A stretch of DNA of 21,877 nt from Promethearchaeota archaeon (GCA_048941015.1 JBHLNZ010000051.1:1-21877); one strand, 5' to 3'. Positions 1 through 9,059 are shown, counted from the first letter of the stretch. Numbers and translations are program-made. Notes: generated by a model from the sequence alone, not told the origin.

Positions 1-144
1 TCTTTTTCTCTTTTTTTGAGAGTAAATTTATAATTTATAATCTGAGAGATTAGAACCTGGAATTTTTTTTATATCTATACAGATGAGAATGAGTGGAGAA
101 TACTGATTCTTTGAAATAGGAAATTTATCCTAGTTATAAACTAT

Positions 145-189
145 GAGAAAAACATTTAAATTCTTACCTAACTGCGTTCTTATAACGCA
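145..189 (+). promoter_or_regulatory. Putative archaeal BRE/TATA promoter followed by an inverted repeat (operator-like) upstream of the corrinoid operon
   Basis: Purine-rich GAGAAAAAC (145-153), then TTTAAATT (155-162), then TGCGTT-N5-AACGCA (173-189). GAGGT RBS at 210-214 precedes ATG 224. Confidence 0.45.
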
Positions 190-223
190 ATTATGCTATA
201 AATAAAACTGAGGTAAAAAATTT

Positions 224-847
224 ATGGATGAAATATCTGAAGCAATTAAAGAATTAGAAGAACAAAAGGTTTTAAAATTAGTAAAAGAAAGACTTGATGC
301 TGGTGAGGATCCAATTAAGATATTGGAAGCATGTAGATTTGGAATGACCGAAATTGGTAGAGATGCCGGTGATACTATATTTTTAACTGATCTTATAATG
401 GCAGGAGAGATTTTTAATGAAGCTATGGCTATCTTAATGCCAAAATTAGTCGGATCTTCAACTAAAAATTTAGGAAAAGTAGTTATTGGAACTGTTGAAG
501 GCGATATTCATAATATTGGAAAAGATATTGCTATTAATTTTTTGAAAGCTGAAGGATTTGACGTCATTGATTTGGGTGTAGATGTTCCAGCTCAGAAATT
601 TGTTGATGCAGTAAAAGAACATAACCCACCAGTCGTTGGAATGAGTGGTTTACTTACATTATCAATAGAACCAATGAAAAAAAGTGTAGAAGCTATTACT
701 GCTGCTGGTCTGAGAGACAAAGTGAAGGTGATAATTGGAGGAGAACGAACAGATGAGGAAGTATGTAAACATGTAGGAGCTGATGCTTGGGTTAATGATG
801 CAATTGAAGGTGTAAAAATTATTAAAGCTTGGGTAGGAGGTGCCTAA
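224..847 (+). CDS. Cobalamin-binding corrinoid protein (MtaC/MtbC/MttC-like; cap domain + B12-binding Rossmann domain)
   Basis: GTVEGDIHNIGK (DxHxxG, His axial ligand), DLGVDVP, VGMSGLLT and KVIIGG motifs, with an N-terminal helical cap (GM..IG...FL..LIMAGE). Confidence 0.95.
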   Translation: MDEISEAIKELEEQKVLKLVKERLDAGEDPIKILEACRFGMTEIGRDAGDTIFLTDLIMAGEIFNEAMAILMPKLVGSSTKNLGKVVIGTVEGDIHNIGKDIAINFLKAEGFDVIDLGVDVPAQKFVDAVKEHNPPVVGMSGLLTLSIEPMKKSVEAITAAGLRDKVKVIIGGERTDEEVCKHVGADAWVNDAIEGVKIIKAWVGGA

Positions 848-850
848 AAA

Positions 851-2107
851 ATGGATAATGCAGAAGAATTACGTAAAGCAAAGATTCAAAGAATGGAAGA
901 TGCTGCTGCCGTTAAGGTACCTGATAGAATTCCAATTGGTATAGCAACTTCATATTTCCCTGCAAAATATGCTGGTGTAACTTATGAGGAAATGTGGTAT
1001 GACAACAATAAATATATTGAAGTAGGTGCTAAGTTTTGTAGGGATTTTAATTGGGATGCAGTTAGTTTCCATCGCTCATTTGAAAGTGTCCCTATTGGGT
1101 TAGCTTTAGCGGGTTTCGATGCGGATTTAGCAATTTTGGTAGCGGTCAATTCGGTCTTAGGTGGTGGGGCATCTCATGACATCTTGGCTGATGTATATTC
1201 GTCAAATCCTGGTAGAGAAGTCGGAAAGAACATTGAATCTCAGTGGGTAATTAAAAAACCAGTTATGAATGATGATGAATGGGATTTCTTGATAGAAAAA
1301 CCGTTTGATTTTATGACGGAGACGATATTACCAAGAGCTTATAAAAACCTCGCAGACAAGAGTTCACCAACAGCTGTGGGCTCACTTATAAAATTTGGGA
1401 TGGAAGTTGGTAAATTTCCTGGATTTCTAATGGAGATGGCTGGAAAGTTGAAGGAAGAAGCATGGCTTCCATATTATTATGCAGTAGCCCCCAATCCTTT
1501 AGACTTTATAGGAGCCTTCTATAGGGATTTTGATGTATTATCATTAGATCTTTATAGACATCCAGAGAAAGTTAAAAAAGCCTGTGAAGGCTTAGCTCCT
1601 GTGTTAGCAGCAGTAGGGAAAATGACTGGAAAAATTTCGTTAGATGTTACAGGTTCTCGTAGGGTTTTCTGTCCTATATGGTATAATACTTACTTATCAC
1701 CTGAAAAGTTTAAAGAATTCCATTTCCCATATATTAAACAGATTGTCAATGAATTGGTTGAAGCGGGTTTTACTCCCCTTATGAGTTTTCAAGGTCGTAG
1801 CGACCACCTCTTGGAAATTTATAAAGAACTTCCAGCAGGTAAAGTTATAATGTGGTTTGATAAAACAGATGTCGTTAAAGCTAGGGAAGTGTTAGGAGAT
1901 AAGTATTGTATCGCAGGAGGCGTCCCAAGTAGTCTTCTAATTAGCGGAACACCTGAAAAGGTAAAATCTCATACAGAACAGCTTATTAACAATATGAAAT
2001 CAGGAGGTACCTTTATCGTTTCCTCTGAATTCAATGGTATGGGAGATGCTAAGGTTGAAAATGTAAAAGCCATGACTGAAACAGTCATGAATTATGGAAA
2101 ATATTAA
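851..2107 (+). CDS. Uroporphyrinogen decarboxylase (URO-D)-fold protein, probable corrinoid-dependent methyltransferase
   Basis: PDRIPI N-terminus, DLYRHPEKVKKACE, LSPEKFKEFHFPY, CIAGGVP..LL..GTPE.V and AKVENVKAM. Starts 3 bp after the corrinoid gene, with GGAGGTG RBS at 836-842. Lacks the H-x-C...C zinc motif. Confidence 0.85.
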   Translation: MDNAEELRKAKIQRMEDAAAVKVPDRIPIGIATSYFPAKYAGVTYEEMWYDNNKYIEVGAKFCRDFNWDAVSFHRSFESVPIGLALAGFDADLAILVAVNSVLGGGASHDILADVYSSNPGREVGKNIESQWVIKKPVMNDDEWDFLIEKPFDFMTETILPRAYKNLADKSSPTAVGSLIKFGMEVGKFPGFLMEMAGKLKEEAWLPYYYAVAPNPLDFIGAFYRDFDVLSLDLYRHPEKVKKACEGLAPVLAAVGKMTGKISLDVTGSRRVFCPIWYNTYLSPEKFKEFHFPYIKQIVNELVEAGFTPLMSFQGRSDHLLEIYKELPAGKVIMWFDKTDVVKAREVLGDKYCIAGGVPSSLLISGTPEKVKSHTEQLINNMKSGGTFIVSSEFNGMGDAKVENVKAMTETVMNYGKY

Positions 2108-2139
2108 ATTTTCAATTTTTTTTTATTTATTATTTTTAT
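2108..2139 (+). terminator. Oligo-T tract, probable archaeal terminator of the corrinoid operon
   Basis: Long T-rich run directly after stop 2107, between convergent genes. Confidence 0.5.
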
Positions 2140-2712
2140 TTATTTGAAACAGGCTAAACCAAAACGATAAGAGTATTTATTAGATGGATATTCAATATTG
2201 AGCTTATCCTTTAAACCAAGTACAGTTTTTATTACTTCAATTCCTATAGCTTCCATGGAAAACCTCTTCTCGTTAGGGAATCTGCATGGTTCTCCAGAAT
2301 CAAAAGTACAATCTCCAGCTTTTTGAATTTTACAGTATTTACATGTTCCATCATATAATAAAATTCTTTTTTTATATTTTTTATTATATTCAGTTAGAAA
2401 TTTTTCGAATTCTTCTTCTAAATCCTTCGCTTCAAAACTCTTAGTTAGTAGAAAAGTATTTTTTATATAAAACTCTGATCTTCCTGTCCTTTCTTTTTCT
2501 TTCTTAATATAAGTTTCTAGGTCAAATTTCGAGTAGATCAAATAATAATCTTTATATGTTGATAGAGCTTTCTCAAGAAAGGGTGAATTAGGAGGACAAC
2601 TCCATGAATGTCCATAGAAGGGACATTTAAAACTAGGCGAAATACACATCTCTTGTACTTTAGGATTAAAATGAATATCTTTATATTGAATTTGAATAAA
2701 AGGCATCTTCAT
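2140..2712 (-). CDS. DUF2284 family predicted metal-binding protein
   Basis: C-x5-CPFYGHSWSCPP, GTCKYC..C...CRFP...RFSMEAIGI signature of DUF2284. Confidence 0.85.
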   Translation of the reverse strand: MKMPFIQIQYKDIHFNPKVQEMCISPSFKCPFYGHSWSCPPNSPFLEKALSTYKDYYLIYSKFDLETYIKKEKERTGRSEFYIKNTFLLTKSFEAKDLEEEFEKFLTEYNKKYKKRILLYDGTCKYCKIQKAGDCTFDSGEPCRFPNEKRFSMEAIGIEVIKTVLGLKDKLNIEYPSNKYSYRFGLACFK

Positions 2713-2717
2713 TTTGA

Positions 2718-2757
2718 TAAGAATTAAACTAATTTTAAAGTTAATTCTTAAGAATTA
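2718..2757. promoter_or_regulatory. Triple TAAGAATTA repeat/palindrome in the divergent promoter between DUF2284 and the MtaA-like gene
   Basis: TAAGAATTAA (2718-2727) is inverted relative to TTAATTCTTA (2741-2750). A perfect 16-bp palindrome TAATTCTTAAGAATTA spans 2742-2757. Confidence 0.4.
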
Positions 2758-2811
2758 TTAGATTGGGTTTCATATTATTAAATTATATATTAAAACTATA
2801 CTAATCATCTA

Positions 2812-3834
2812 ATGGAATCATTTGAACGTATATATGCTGCTTTGAAGGGTAAACCAGTAGATCGACCTCCAGTTTTTCCCCAGATTGGTGATCATGCGGG
2901 GATTATAAATAAATTAACATATAATAAAATGTATGAGGATGCTAAATTAGCTGCAAATGCTCATTTAAAAGCATTAGATCTATACAAATACGATATCACA
3001 TCAATACAAGTAGAACCAAGTTGGCCAGTTGCCGAAGCTTGTGGAGCGGAAGTGAATTATCCTTTTGATAAAAATCCTTGGATTACAAAATATTTGATAG
3101 AATCACAAATTGATTTGGAAAACTTGGAAGTACCAGACTTCATGAAAACAAAAAGTTCAAGAGTTATGATAGAAGGCACATCGATTCTTGCTAATGAAGC
3201 GGAAGTCCCTATTGCAGCTTTCATGACAGGGCCAATAACTTTTAGTTTTCAATTAATGCCATATGAACTATTAATAAAAAGAATGGTAAAAGACCCCGAA
3301 TTTACACATGCTTTGGTTAAAAAGAGCGTTATGATAATAAAGGAGTATATTGAAGCTCTGAAAGATGCTGGGGCAACTGTGCTTGTAATTTGTGAACATG
3401 ATTTTCAAATGTTAAAACCAAAACTGATCAAAGAGTATAGTTTAGATTATTTACCAGATCTTTTTGAGATATACCAGTATAATATCCTTCATATGTGTGG
3501 AAAAGTATCATCACATTTGAAAGAATTAGCTGATAATATTAGAAATATTAAAAAATTAAATACTTTGAATATTGGTCCATTTGTTGATATCAAAAATACT
3601 CAAGATCTCTTCAAACACAAGATTGGAATAGCAGGTAATATAGATCATATAAGATTACTTCCATGTGGTAGCCCTAATGAAATAGAGACCGCTGTACATA
3701 AAGCTATAGAATCTAGTGGTGGAGACTCACGCTTTATGGTCGCTCCCGGATGTGAAATTACATCTGACACACCAATTCAAAATGTAAAAGCATTTGTAAA
3801 TGCTACACAAACTTATAACAAAAATATAAAATAA
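2812..3834 (+). CDS. MtaA/CmuA-family methylcobalamin:thiol methyltransferase (URO-D fold)
   Basis: GKPVDRPPVFP start, AEACGAEV, GPIT, intact zinc motif ILH227-M-C229-G ... APGC314E, GNID..L..GSP.EI and TPIQNVKAFV. Confidence 0.85.
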   Translation: MESFERIYAALKGKPVDRPPVFPQIGDHAGIINKLTYNKMYEDAKLAANAHLKALDLYKYDITSIQVEPSWPVAEACGAEVNYPFDKNPWITKYLIESQIDLENLEVPDFMKTKSSRVMIEGTSILANEAEVPIAAFMTGPITFSFQLMPYELLIKRMVKDPEFTHALVKKSVMIIKEYIEALKDAGATVLVICEHDFQMLKPKLIKEYSLDYLPDLFEIYQYNILHMCGKVSSHLKELADNIRNIKKLNTLNIGPFVDIKNTQDLFKHKIGIAGNIDHIRLLPCGSPNEIETAVHKAIESSGGDSRFMVAPGCEITSDTPIQNVKAFVNATQTYNKNIK

Positions 3835-3898
3835 AAATATATATAAAATATTTAAGGTCATTTGAAACAATTAATTTACCCTCTAAGTTCAGAGAAAA

Positions 3899-4357
3899 GT
3901 GATAAATATGGAAGTTAACCTATTATTGGATTTAATTGAATTTTTTATTATTAATCTTTTTAATTTATCTGTATTCGCTCTCTTTTTATCTCGTGTTAGA
4001 AAACCAGAATTATCAAAAAAAATTGGTATTTTTTCAATAGTCCTTGGAATTCCCTCCTTAATGGTTGCAATTATTAATGCTTACCTTCAAAGAGAGTGGT
4101 GGTATTGGATTTTTCCTCTCTTATTTGTAGAATTTCTTCTATTTACTTTAGTAGTAGATTATATTATTAAAATTGAGTTTAGGAATCCTAGAAAGTTATC
4201 TATCTTGGTTCCCTTTTTAATCTTATTTTATGTGAGTATAATTTTAATGTGGGGTTTGACTTGGGCATTAGGCGTGATTTATGGAGTTATCACGCTTATT
4301 ACTTATTTTTTACAATTAATTGGTGCTTATTATGCCGGAAAACATGGTGTAGGTTAA
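3899..4357 (+). CDS. Hypothetical integral membrane protein (~5 TM); start may be ATG 3908
   Basis: Five hydrophobic segments. GTGA upstream of ATG 3908 looks like an RBS, and a T-tract follows near 4392. Confidence 0.75.
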   Translation: MINMEVNLLLDLIEFFIINLFNLSVFALFLSRVRKPELSKKIGIFSIVLGIPSLMVAIINAYLQREWWYWIFPLLFVEFLLFTLVVDYIIKIEFRNPRKLSILVPFLILFYVSIILMWGLTWALGVIYGVITLITYFLQLIGAYYAGKHGVG

Positions 4358-4422
4358 TTATTATTCAAACTAAGAAAGGTTTATTAGAATATTTTTTTTC
4401 TTTGTCTTTCTTATTTAATTAC

Positions 4423-4950
4423 TTATTTTCGATTATAGACATAAATTCCATTATCTATATCTTCATTGACAATTCTTAATTTATGAAAGATAAATGAATT
4501 TGATATAATACGTGCCGTTGGTTTCAGTTCTTTAATTAGTTTCTCTTCTAGTTTATCATTAGTTGTTTGTAGTAAATAACAAACCACTATATCAGCATCG
4601 CTTAAATCATGTTTAAAAAGATTCCCATAAACAATCTTAACTCTACTTCTCAAATGAAGTATCGTTATTAAAAATTGACAACAGAGGTAAAGCAAAAGAT
4701 TAATTTCAATACCGACAGCTTTTGCACCATATTTGCGTGCCGCTATAATAGTAAAACGTCCATCCCCACATCCTAAATCGTAGACGATTTCACCAGGTTG
4801 GATTTCAGCTAGAGTAAGCATTTTCCGTACTTTTTTCATTCGAGTTGGAAACCAAGGGGCTCCCTTTATAAGAGACCAAGAAAGAAAAAATCCAACTATA
4901 ACACCAGTTATAATAATGCCAAGAGCTATAATACGAGCAATCGTAATCAT
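4423..4950 (-). CDS. Membrane-anchored class I SAM-dependent methyltransferase, FAM173/aKMT-like (probable protein lysine methyltransferase)
   Basis: N-terminal TM, then GAPWFPT, VYDLGCGDGR (motif I), AVGIEIN, ADIVVCYL and RIISNSF. Confidence 0.85.
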   Translation of the reverse strand: MITIARIIALGIIITGVIVGFFLSWSLIKGAPWFPTRMKKVRKMLTLAEIQPGEIVYDLGCGDGRFTIIAARKYGAKAVGIEINLLLYLCCQFLITILHLRSRVKIVYGNLFKHDLSDADIVVCYLLQTTNDKLEEKLIKELKPTARIISNSFIFHKLRIVNEDIDNGIYVYNRK

Positions 4951-5012
4951 TTTTGAGACCAGTATAGTGAAATTATGAACATAATAATTTGAATCTTATT
5001 TTTATCACAAGA

Positions 5013-6005
5013 TCACTTTTGTTCTTTTTTATTACGGGAAGAATCACGATTTACTAGTACAATTCCTAAAATCACTAATAATAAGGCAAAAGGATAAATA
5101 AAAAAATCGAATTCTTCATGTAAAAATATAGCTGAGAGCAAAACCCCAAATAATGGCACAAGTGTCTGAAAAATTGCGGCTCTACTAGCATTTAATCGTT
5201 TCACTCCTTCTAAATAAAAGGTATATGCGAGTATTGAAGATAAAAATGCTAAATATGCAATACCTACCCATAAACGAGCCGGAATGCTAAAATATTCTAA
5301 TGGATTTAGATATTGTGGACTAATAATTAATGAAATAGGTATAATAGTTAGAAAACCAAAAAAGGATACCCATGTAATTATCCATAAAGATGATGGTTGA
5401 AAAGAATCACTCCTATTTTGAGTTATATTTAAGAAATGTCGAGAAGTTACTGTATATACGGCGTAAGCAAATGCAGCAGCTAATATTAAGATATCTCCAA
5501 GAATTCGGTTCAAGACATCTACATTTGGAGAAAATCCTACAACAATAACAACGGCCATGAATGCCATCAGAGTTCCAACAACTTTTTTCCAGGTAAAAAA
5601 TTCCGTTTTTAAGAATGTACTAGAAATTACTACAACCCATATAGCATTTGTAGCAACCATTATACTAGCATCACTTGCAGCAGTAAAAATCTCACCGATA
5701 AGATAACCAGCTTGATAAATTGTCACAGAAGTTAACCCCATAAATGTTAAAATTTTCCAATTTTCTTTTGCAAATTGCCAGTTTAATGTTCCTTCTTTAA
5801 ATCTGAGAATTATAAAAAAAGAAATAACTGCTAAAAAATAACGGATAAAAGCAATCATAAATGGTGGTATGGTTGCTCCTCCAACTTCCTCAGAGACTAA
5901 CCAGCGTCCTATTGGCCATGTTCCACCCCAAATAATAGCTGTTAATATTAATAATATATAAGCAATAATTTCCTGTTTCCTTTTGCCATTAATTATTGAA
6001 TTCAT
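5013..6005 (-). CDS. DMT superfamily EamA-type transporter
   Basis: IIWGGTW, AFIRY, LGDILILAAAFAYAVYTV and ASRAAIFQTLVPLFGVLLSAIFLHE; ~10 TM in two EamA repeats. Confidence 0.92.
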   Translation of the reverse strand: MNSIINGKRKQEIIAYILLILTAIIWGGTWPIGRWLVSEEVGGATIPPFMIAFIRYFLAVISFFIILRFKEGTLNWQFAKENWKILTFMGLTSVTIYQAGYLIGEIFTAASDASIMVATNAIWVVVISSTFLKTEFFTWKKVVGTLMAFMAVVIVVGFSPNVDVLNRILGDILILAAAFAYAVYTVTSRHFLNITQNRSDSFQPSSLWIITWVSFFGFLTIIPISLIISPQYLNPLEYFSIPARLWVGIAYLAFLSSILAYTFYLEGVKRLNASRAAIFQTLVPLFGVLLSAIFLHEEFDFFIYPFALLLVILGIVLVNRDSSRNKKEQK

Positions 6006-6150
6006 AGCATATTACGAAATAATTTTCTAATTATGACTCTATTTAATCTAATAAAGATAATAAATATATTAAATATAAGAAAGGATATTAATTCAAATAT
6101 TAAAAAATATACATATCTTAAATAAAAATTTTAAAGAGAGAGATTAAATA

Positions 6151-6894
6151 ATGTCTGGTAGAATTAAAGAAGATTATTATATTAAAAAGAAGGATAAATT
6201 TATGCGTTCCTTTGAGGAACGCTTAACCCATATCCGGAAATTTATTAAAATGAAATTTCCTTCTGAGAATGAAGATGATATGGTAAATCAAATGAAAGAG
6301 GAATATAATATGATACTTCCTGAAATTCCTTATTTAGGAGGGCAAAAAAATCCTCTTACTCAAATTCTCGTTAAATGCATGTCTGATTTAGCTATTTTTA
6401 GTACTTTAGAGAAAAGAGGATTATCATTTCAGGAAATTGGAGAATTCCATTACAATTACGTTATTGAAATACATAAAACTAGAAAGCAAGTTTTAGAAAA
6501 AATGGGGAGAGATCCATCAAGTTATCCATTTGAAACTGAATACGTTAATTACCAAAAGAAATTAACTGAAGATACTCGAAAGAGATTATATCCAGAGAAT
6601 TGGGTTATGGATTTTGTAGAAGGTGATGGTAAATCATTTGAATGGGGCTGGGATGTACATGAATGTGCAATACAGAAAGCTTATAAAAAATTGGGGGCTG
6701 AAAAATATCTCCCTTTGATATGCTTAGGAGATTTTTATGAAGCTGAGGGTTTAGGTTTCGGATTTAAGCGTACAGAAACACTCGGATTTGGTGGTCAAAT
6801 ATGCACACATAGATTTGTGAAAAATTACAAGACTCCTAAAGCATGGCCTCCCTATGATTTAAAAGAATTTAATGCTGTTTTTTGGGGAAAATAG
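6151..6894 (+). CDS. L-2-amino-thiazoline-4-carboxylic acid hydrolase family (ATC_hydrolase/V4R-like) protein
   Basis: PEIPYLGG, W..DF..GDG..F.W..D..ECAI.K........LP.ICLGDF and F.RTETLG.GG..CTHRF three-Cys pattern. Confidence 0.8.
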   Translation: MSGRIKEDYYIKKKDKFMRSFEERLTHIRKFIKMKFPSENEDDMVNQMKEEYNMILPEIPYLGGQKNPLTQILVKCMSDLAIFSTLEKRGLSFQEIGEFHYNYVIEIHKTRKQVLEKMGRDPSSYPFETEYVNYQKKLTEDTRKRLYPENWVMDFVEGDGKSFEWGWDVHECAIQKAYKKLGAEKYLPLICLGDFYEAEGLGFGFKRTETLGFGGQICTHRFVKNYKTPKAWPPYDLKEFNAVFWGK

Positions 6895-7011
6895 CTAAAA
6901 TTGATTTTTGAAGAAAAAAGACTGATTTAATATTAAAAAAATGTGAAACTGTTAATGATTAATTATTAAATTATTAGAATTGCTAGAATCCTAATGTTTT
7001 CACCTTTACCA

Positions 7012-7452
7012 TTAAGTTTTTCCAAACATTTCTTTGGCTGAGAGTATCAGTCCAATCAAGGTTAATAAAGCTCCAACAACAAACGTAATCATACTAGCTC
7101 CAATATAGCCAATTATAATTTTATATACTATGAATGTTCCCCATGTTACACCACCTGCTATTAAAATTGCAAACCAAGCCCATTTTTCCCCCGGAGCATA
7201 TGCTTTTTTCTGAATGAGAAGTATCAAAATAGCAATTACTAATATCATTACTCCTATTAACTTTTTTGTTAATATATAAAACCCCTCTAAGACAGCATCG
7301 GGATGCTCGCCAAACTGATAGCCTGTTACGTGTGCAAAGTCACTTACAAACATAATTTCAGTAACGAAGATCCAAAGTATCGACATTACTAAGGTATAAA
7401 ATCCTAAAAAAAGGATTAACCAAGATCCAATTTCATGATTTGATTTCTTCAT
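7012..7452 (-). CDS. Hypothetical membrane protein (4 TM)
   Basis: Four hydrophobic helices with a GEKWAW loop motif. Confidence 0.75.
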   Translation of the reverse strand: MKKSNHEIGSWLILFLGFYTLVMSILWIFVTEIMFVSDFAHVTGYQFGEHPDAVLEGFYILTKKLIGVMILVIAILILLIQKKAYAPGEKWAWFAILIAGGVTWGTFIVYKIIIGYIGASMITFVVGALLTLIGLILSAKEMFGKT

Positions 7453-7658
7453 ATATTTTATACACTCATATAATATTTTTTATCAATTTTTGATAGATTT
7501 CTATATTAGACATTGTCTAGAAGTATTATTTAAGTATTAACTTTTTTTATTAAACCTTAATTGAATAATCAATAAAATTTATTAATTGACATGGATAATT
7601 TTGCAAATAGTTGCATTATCCAACAAACATAATAAAATAAGAAATAAGTGGAAAGTTT

Positions 7659-9059
7659 ATGACGAAAAAATGGGTTAAAATTGTCATTTTAGCGGTTATA
7701 ATTAGTTCTCCGATAATCGGAATATCATCATTCTTATATATAAGTCAAAAACATTTTGAGGATTCTTACCAAATAAGTGGAGAAGGAATAATTGCTTCTC
7801 AAATTATTATCAATAATCAAATTAAAGTTGGAGATCTCCAATTTCAATTATTAAATTCGAATTCAGAAAATATTTTAGAAGCAGAATGGAAGGTTGACTA
7901 TAATGGAATTTATGATAAGAAGAAGTTTGTTATAATAGATTATATACAAGAAGGTTCTGATTTAAAAATTAATATATACAGTGATATTCATATAGGGACG
8001 GGAAATTACAAGCAAATCAATATTATACTCGATATTTATATAAATCCTGCTTATATTAATTATAGTTTTATTAGTGATAATGAATTTGCTAATCTCGAAT
8101 TCAAAACTTATGGTATAAATTTCGAGAATTTTGAAATAAGGAGTCAAAGTGGGAATGTGGATGTTCAATTAAATAGAAGTTCGATAGATAATGACTTTAA
8201 AATTACAACAACATCTGGAGATATAGATTTGATGTTGGATTTTATTAATTTCACTAATAATTTTATATCTAGTTCAGATTCAGGTGACCAATACTTTGAT
8301 TTTTGGAATATTAAATTTGGTTCCTTAGCTAATTTCAATGCAACATCTTTAACGGGAGTAGTAAATGTACGTTGGGCTAATCATTTCAATAAGTCTCACA
8401 ACGTAAATATTTTCTTGAAATCTGATAATTATGCTTTTTTGAAAATGTGGTCTCCAATTGAAATTATACGGTATGATTTATCATTAGATGCTACAACAGG
8501 AACGACTGATTTTGATACCTCTACGGGCCTTTTTATTGAATTAGAAACCAATCATTATCAATCTTATAATATTAATACAACAGGTGTAGATATGTGCAAT
8601 ATTACAGCAATCACTACTTCTGGCTTAGCTTATGTATTTATAGTAGATTGTTTTAAATGGCAACGTTTATGCGCATGGGGCGGGGACTTTGTACCATATG
8701 ATGTCAATACAATTGGAAATTATACAATTCATAATGAGAGTAGTGTAAACAGTATTGAATTATACAATTTAAAATATATTTACTTAAACACCACTACAAA
8801 TATAACATTAAATTTTGAAACACTTCCTATCAGTAGCGAAAATCTAGTTTATGTAGATTGGGATCTAACCTATACACATGCTATGGGAATAGGTGTCGGT
8901 TCGATTAATTTAATAGTATCAAATACAACACAAGTGGGGGTCTTAAAAGTTTGTATCGAGCTCGATTTCGAACTTGATCGAATATTACCAACATTCACTG
9001 ATTATAATGTTACAGTATTTTATCATCCAAGCTACACTTTTTATAACTATACTGTTTGA
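7659..9059 (+). CDS. Membrane-anchored surface glycoprotein with DUF4097/adhesin-like beta-solenoid repeats
   Basis: N-terminal TM anchor, repeats IRSQSGNVDV, ITTTSGDIDL, SSSDSGDQYF, ATSLTGVVNV and AITTSGLAYV, and more than ten N-x-S/T sequons. Confidence 0.7.
   Translation: MTKKWVKIVILAVIISSPIIGISSFLYISQKHFEDSYQISGEGIIASQIIINNQIKVGDLQFQLLNSNSENILEAEWKVDYNGIYDKKKFVIIDYIQEGSDLKINIYSDIHIGTGNYKQINIILDIYINPAYINYSFISDNEFANLEFKTYGINFENFEIRSQSGNVDVQLNRSSIDNDFKITTTSGDIDLMLDFINFTNNFISSSDSGDQYFDFWNIKFGSLANFNATSLTGVVNVRWANHFNKSHNVNIFLKSDNYAFLKMWSPIEIIRYDLSLDATTGTTDFDTSTGLFIELETNHYQSYNINTTGVDMCNITAITTSGLAYVFIVDCFKWQRLCAWGGDFVPYDVNTIGNYTIHNESSVNSIELYNLKYIYLNTTTNITLNFETLPISSENLVYVDWDLTYTHAMGIGVGSINLIVSNTTQVGVLKVCIELDFELDRILPTFTDYNVTVFYHPSYTFYNYTV

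Noticed and set aside
42-60. CTGAGA...GAACCTG resembling TPP riboswitch core words
   Set aside because: Only 5 nt separate the words, there are no P1/P2/P5 helices or downstream GCG-AGGGA element, and no thiamine gene is adjacent.
1-223. Possible cobalamin riboswitch ahead of the corrinoid gene
   Set aside because: No B12-box or GC-rich helices; the region is AT-rich and promoter-like.
4249-4479. 76-aa ORF
   Set aside because: Out-of-frame overlap with two better genes and runs through a T-tract terminator.
7962-8168. 68-aa antisense ORF
   Set aside because: Shadow of the surface-protein gene.
224-9059. Pyrrolysine or selenocysteine readthrough in the methyltransferase region
   Set aside because: The corrinoid and URO-D genes are full length and end in TAA. 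The TAG/TGA stops checked (6894, 9059, 5013) are followed by short, non-coding-looking sequence.
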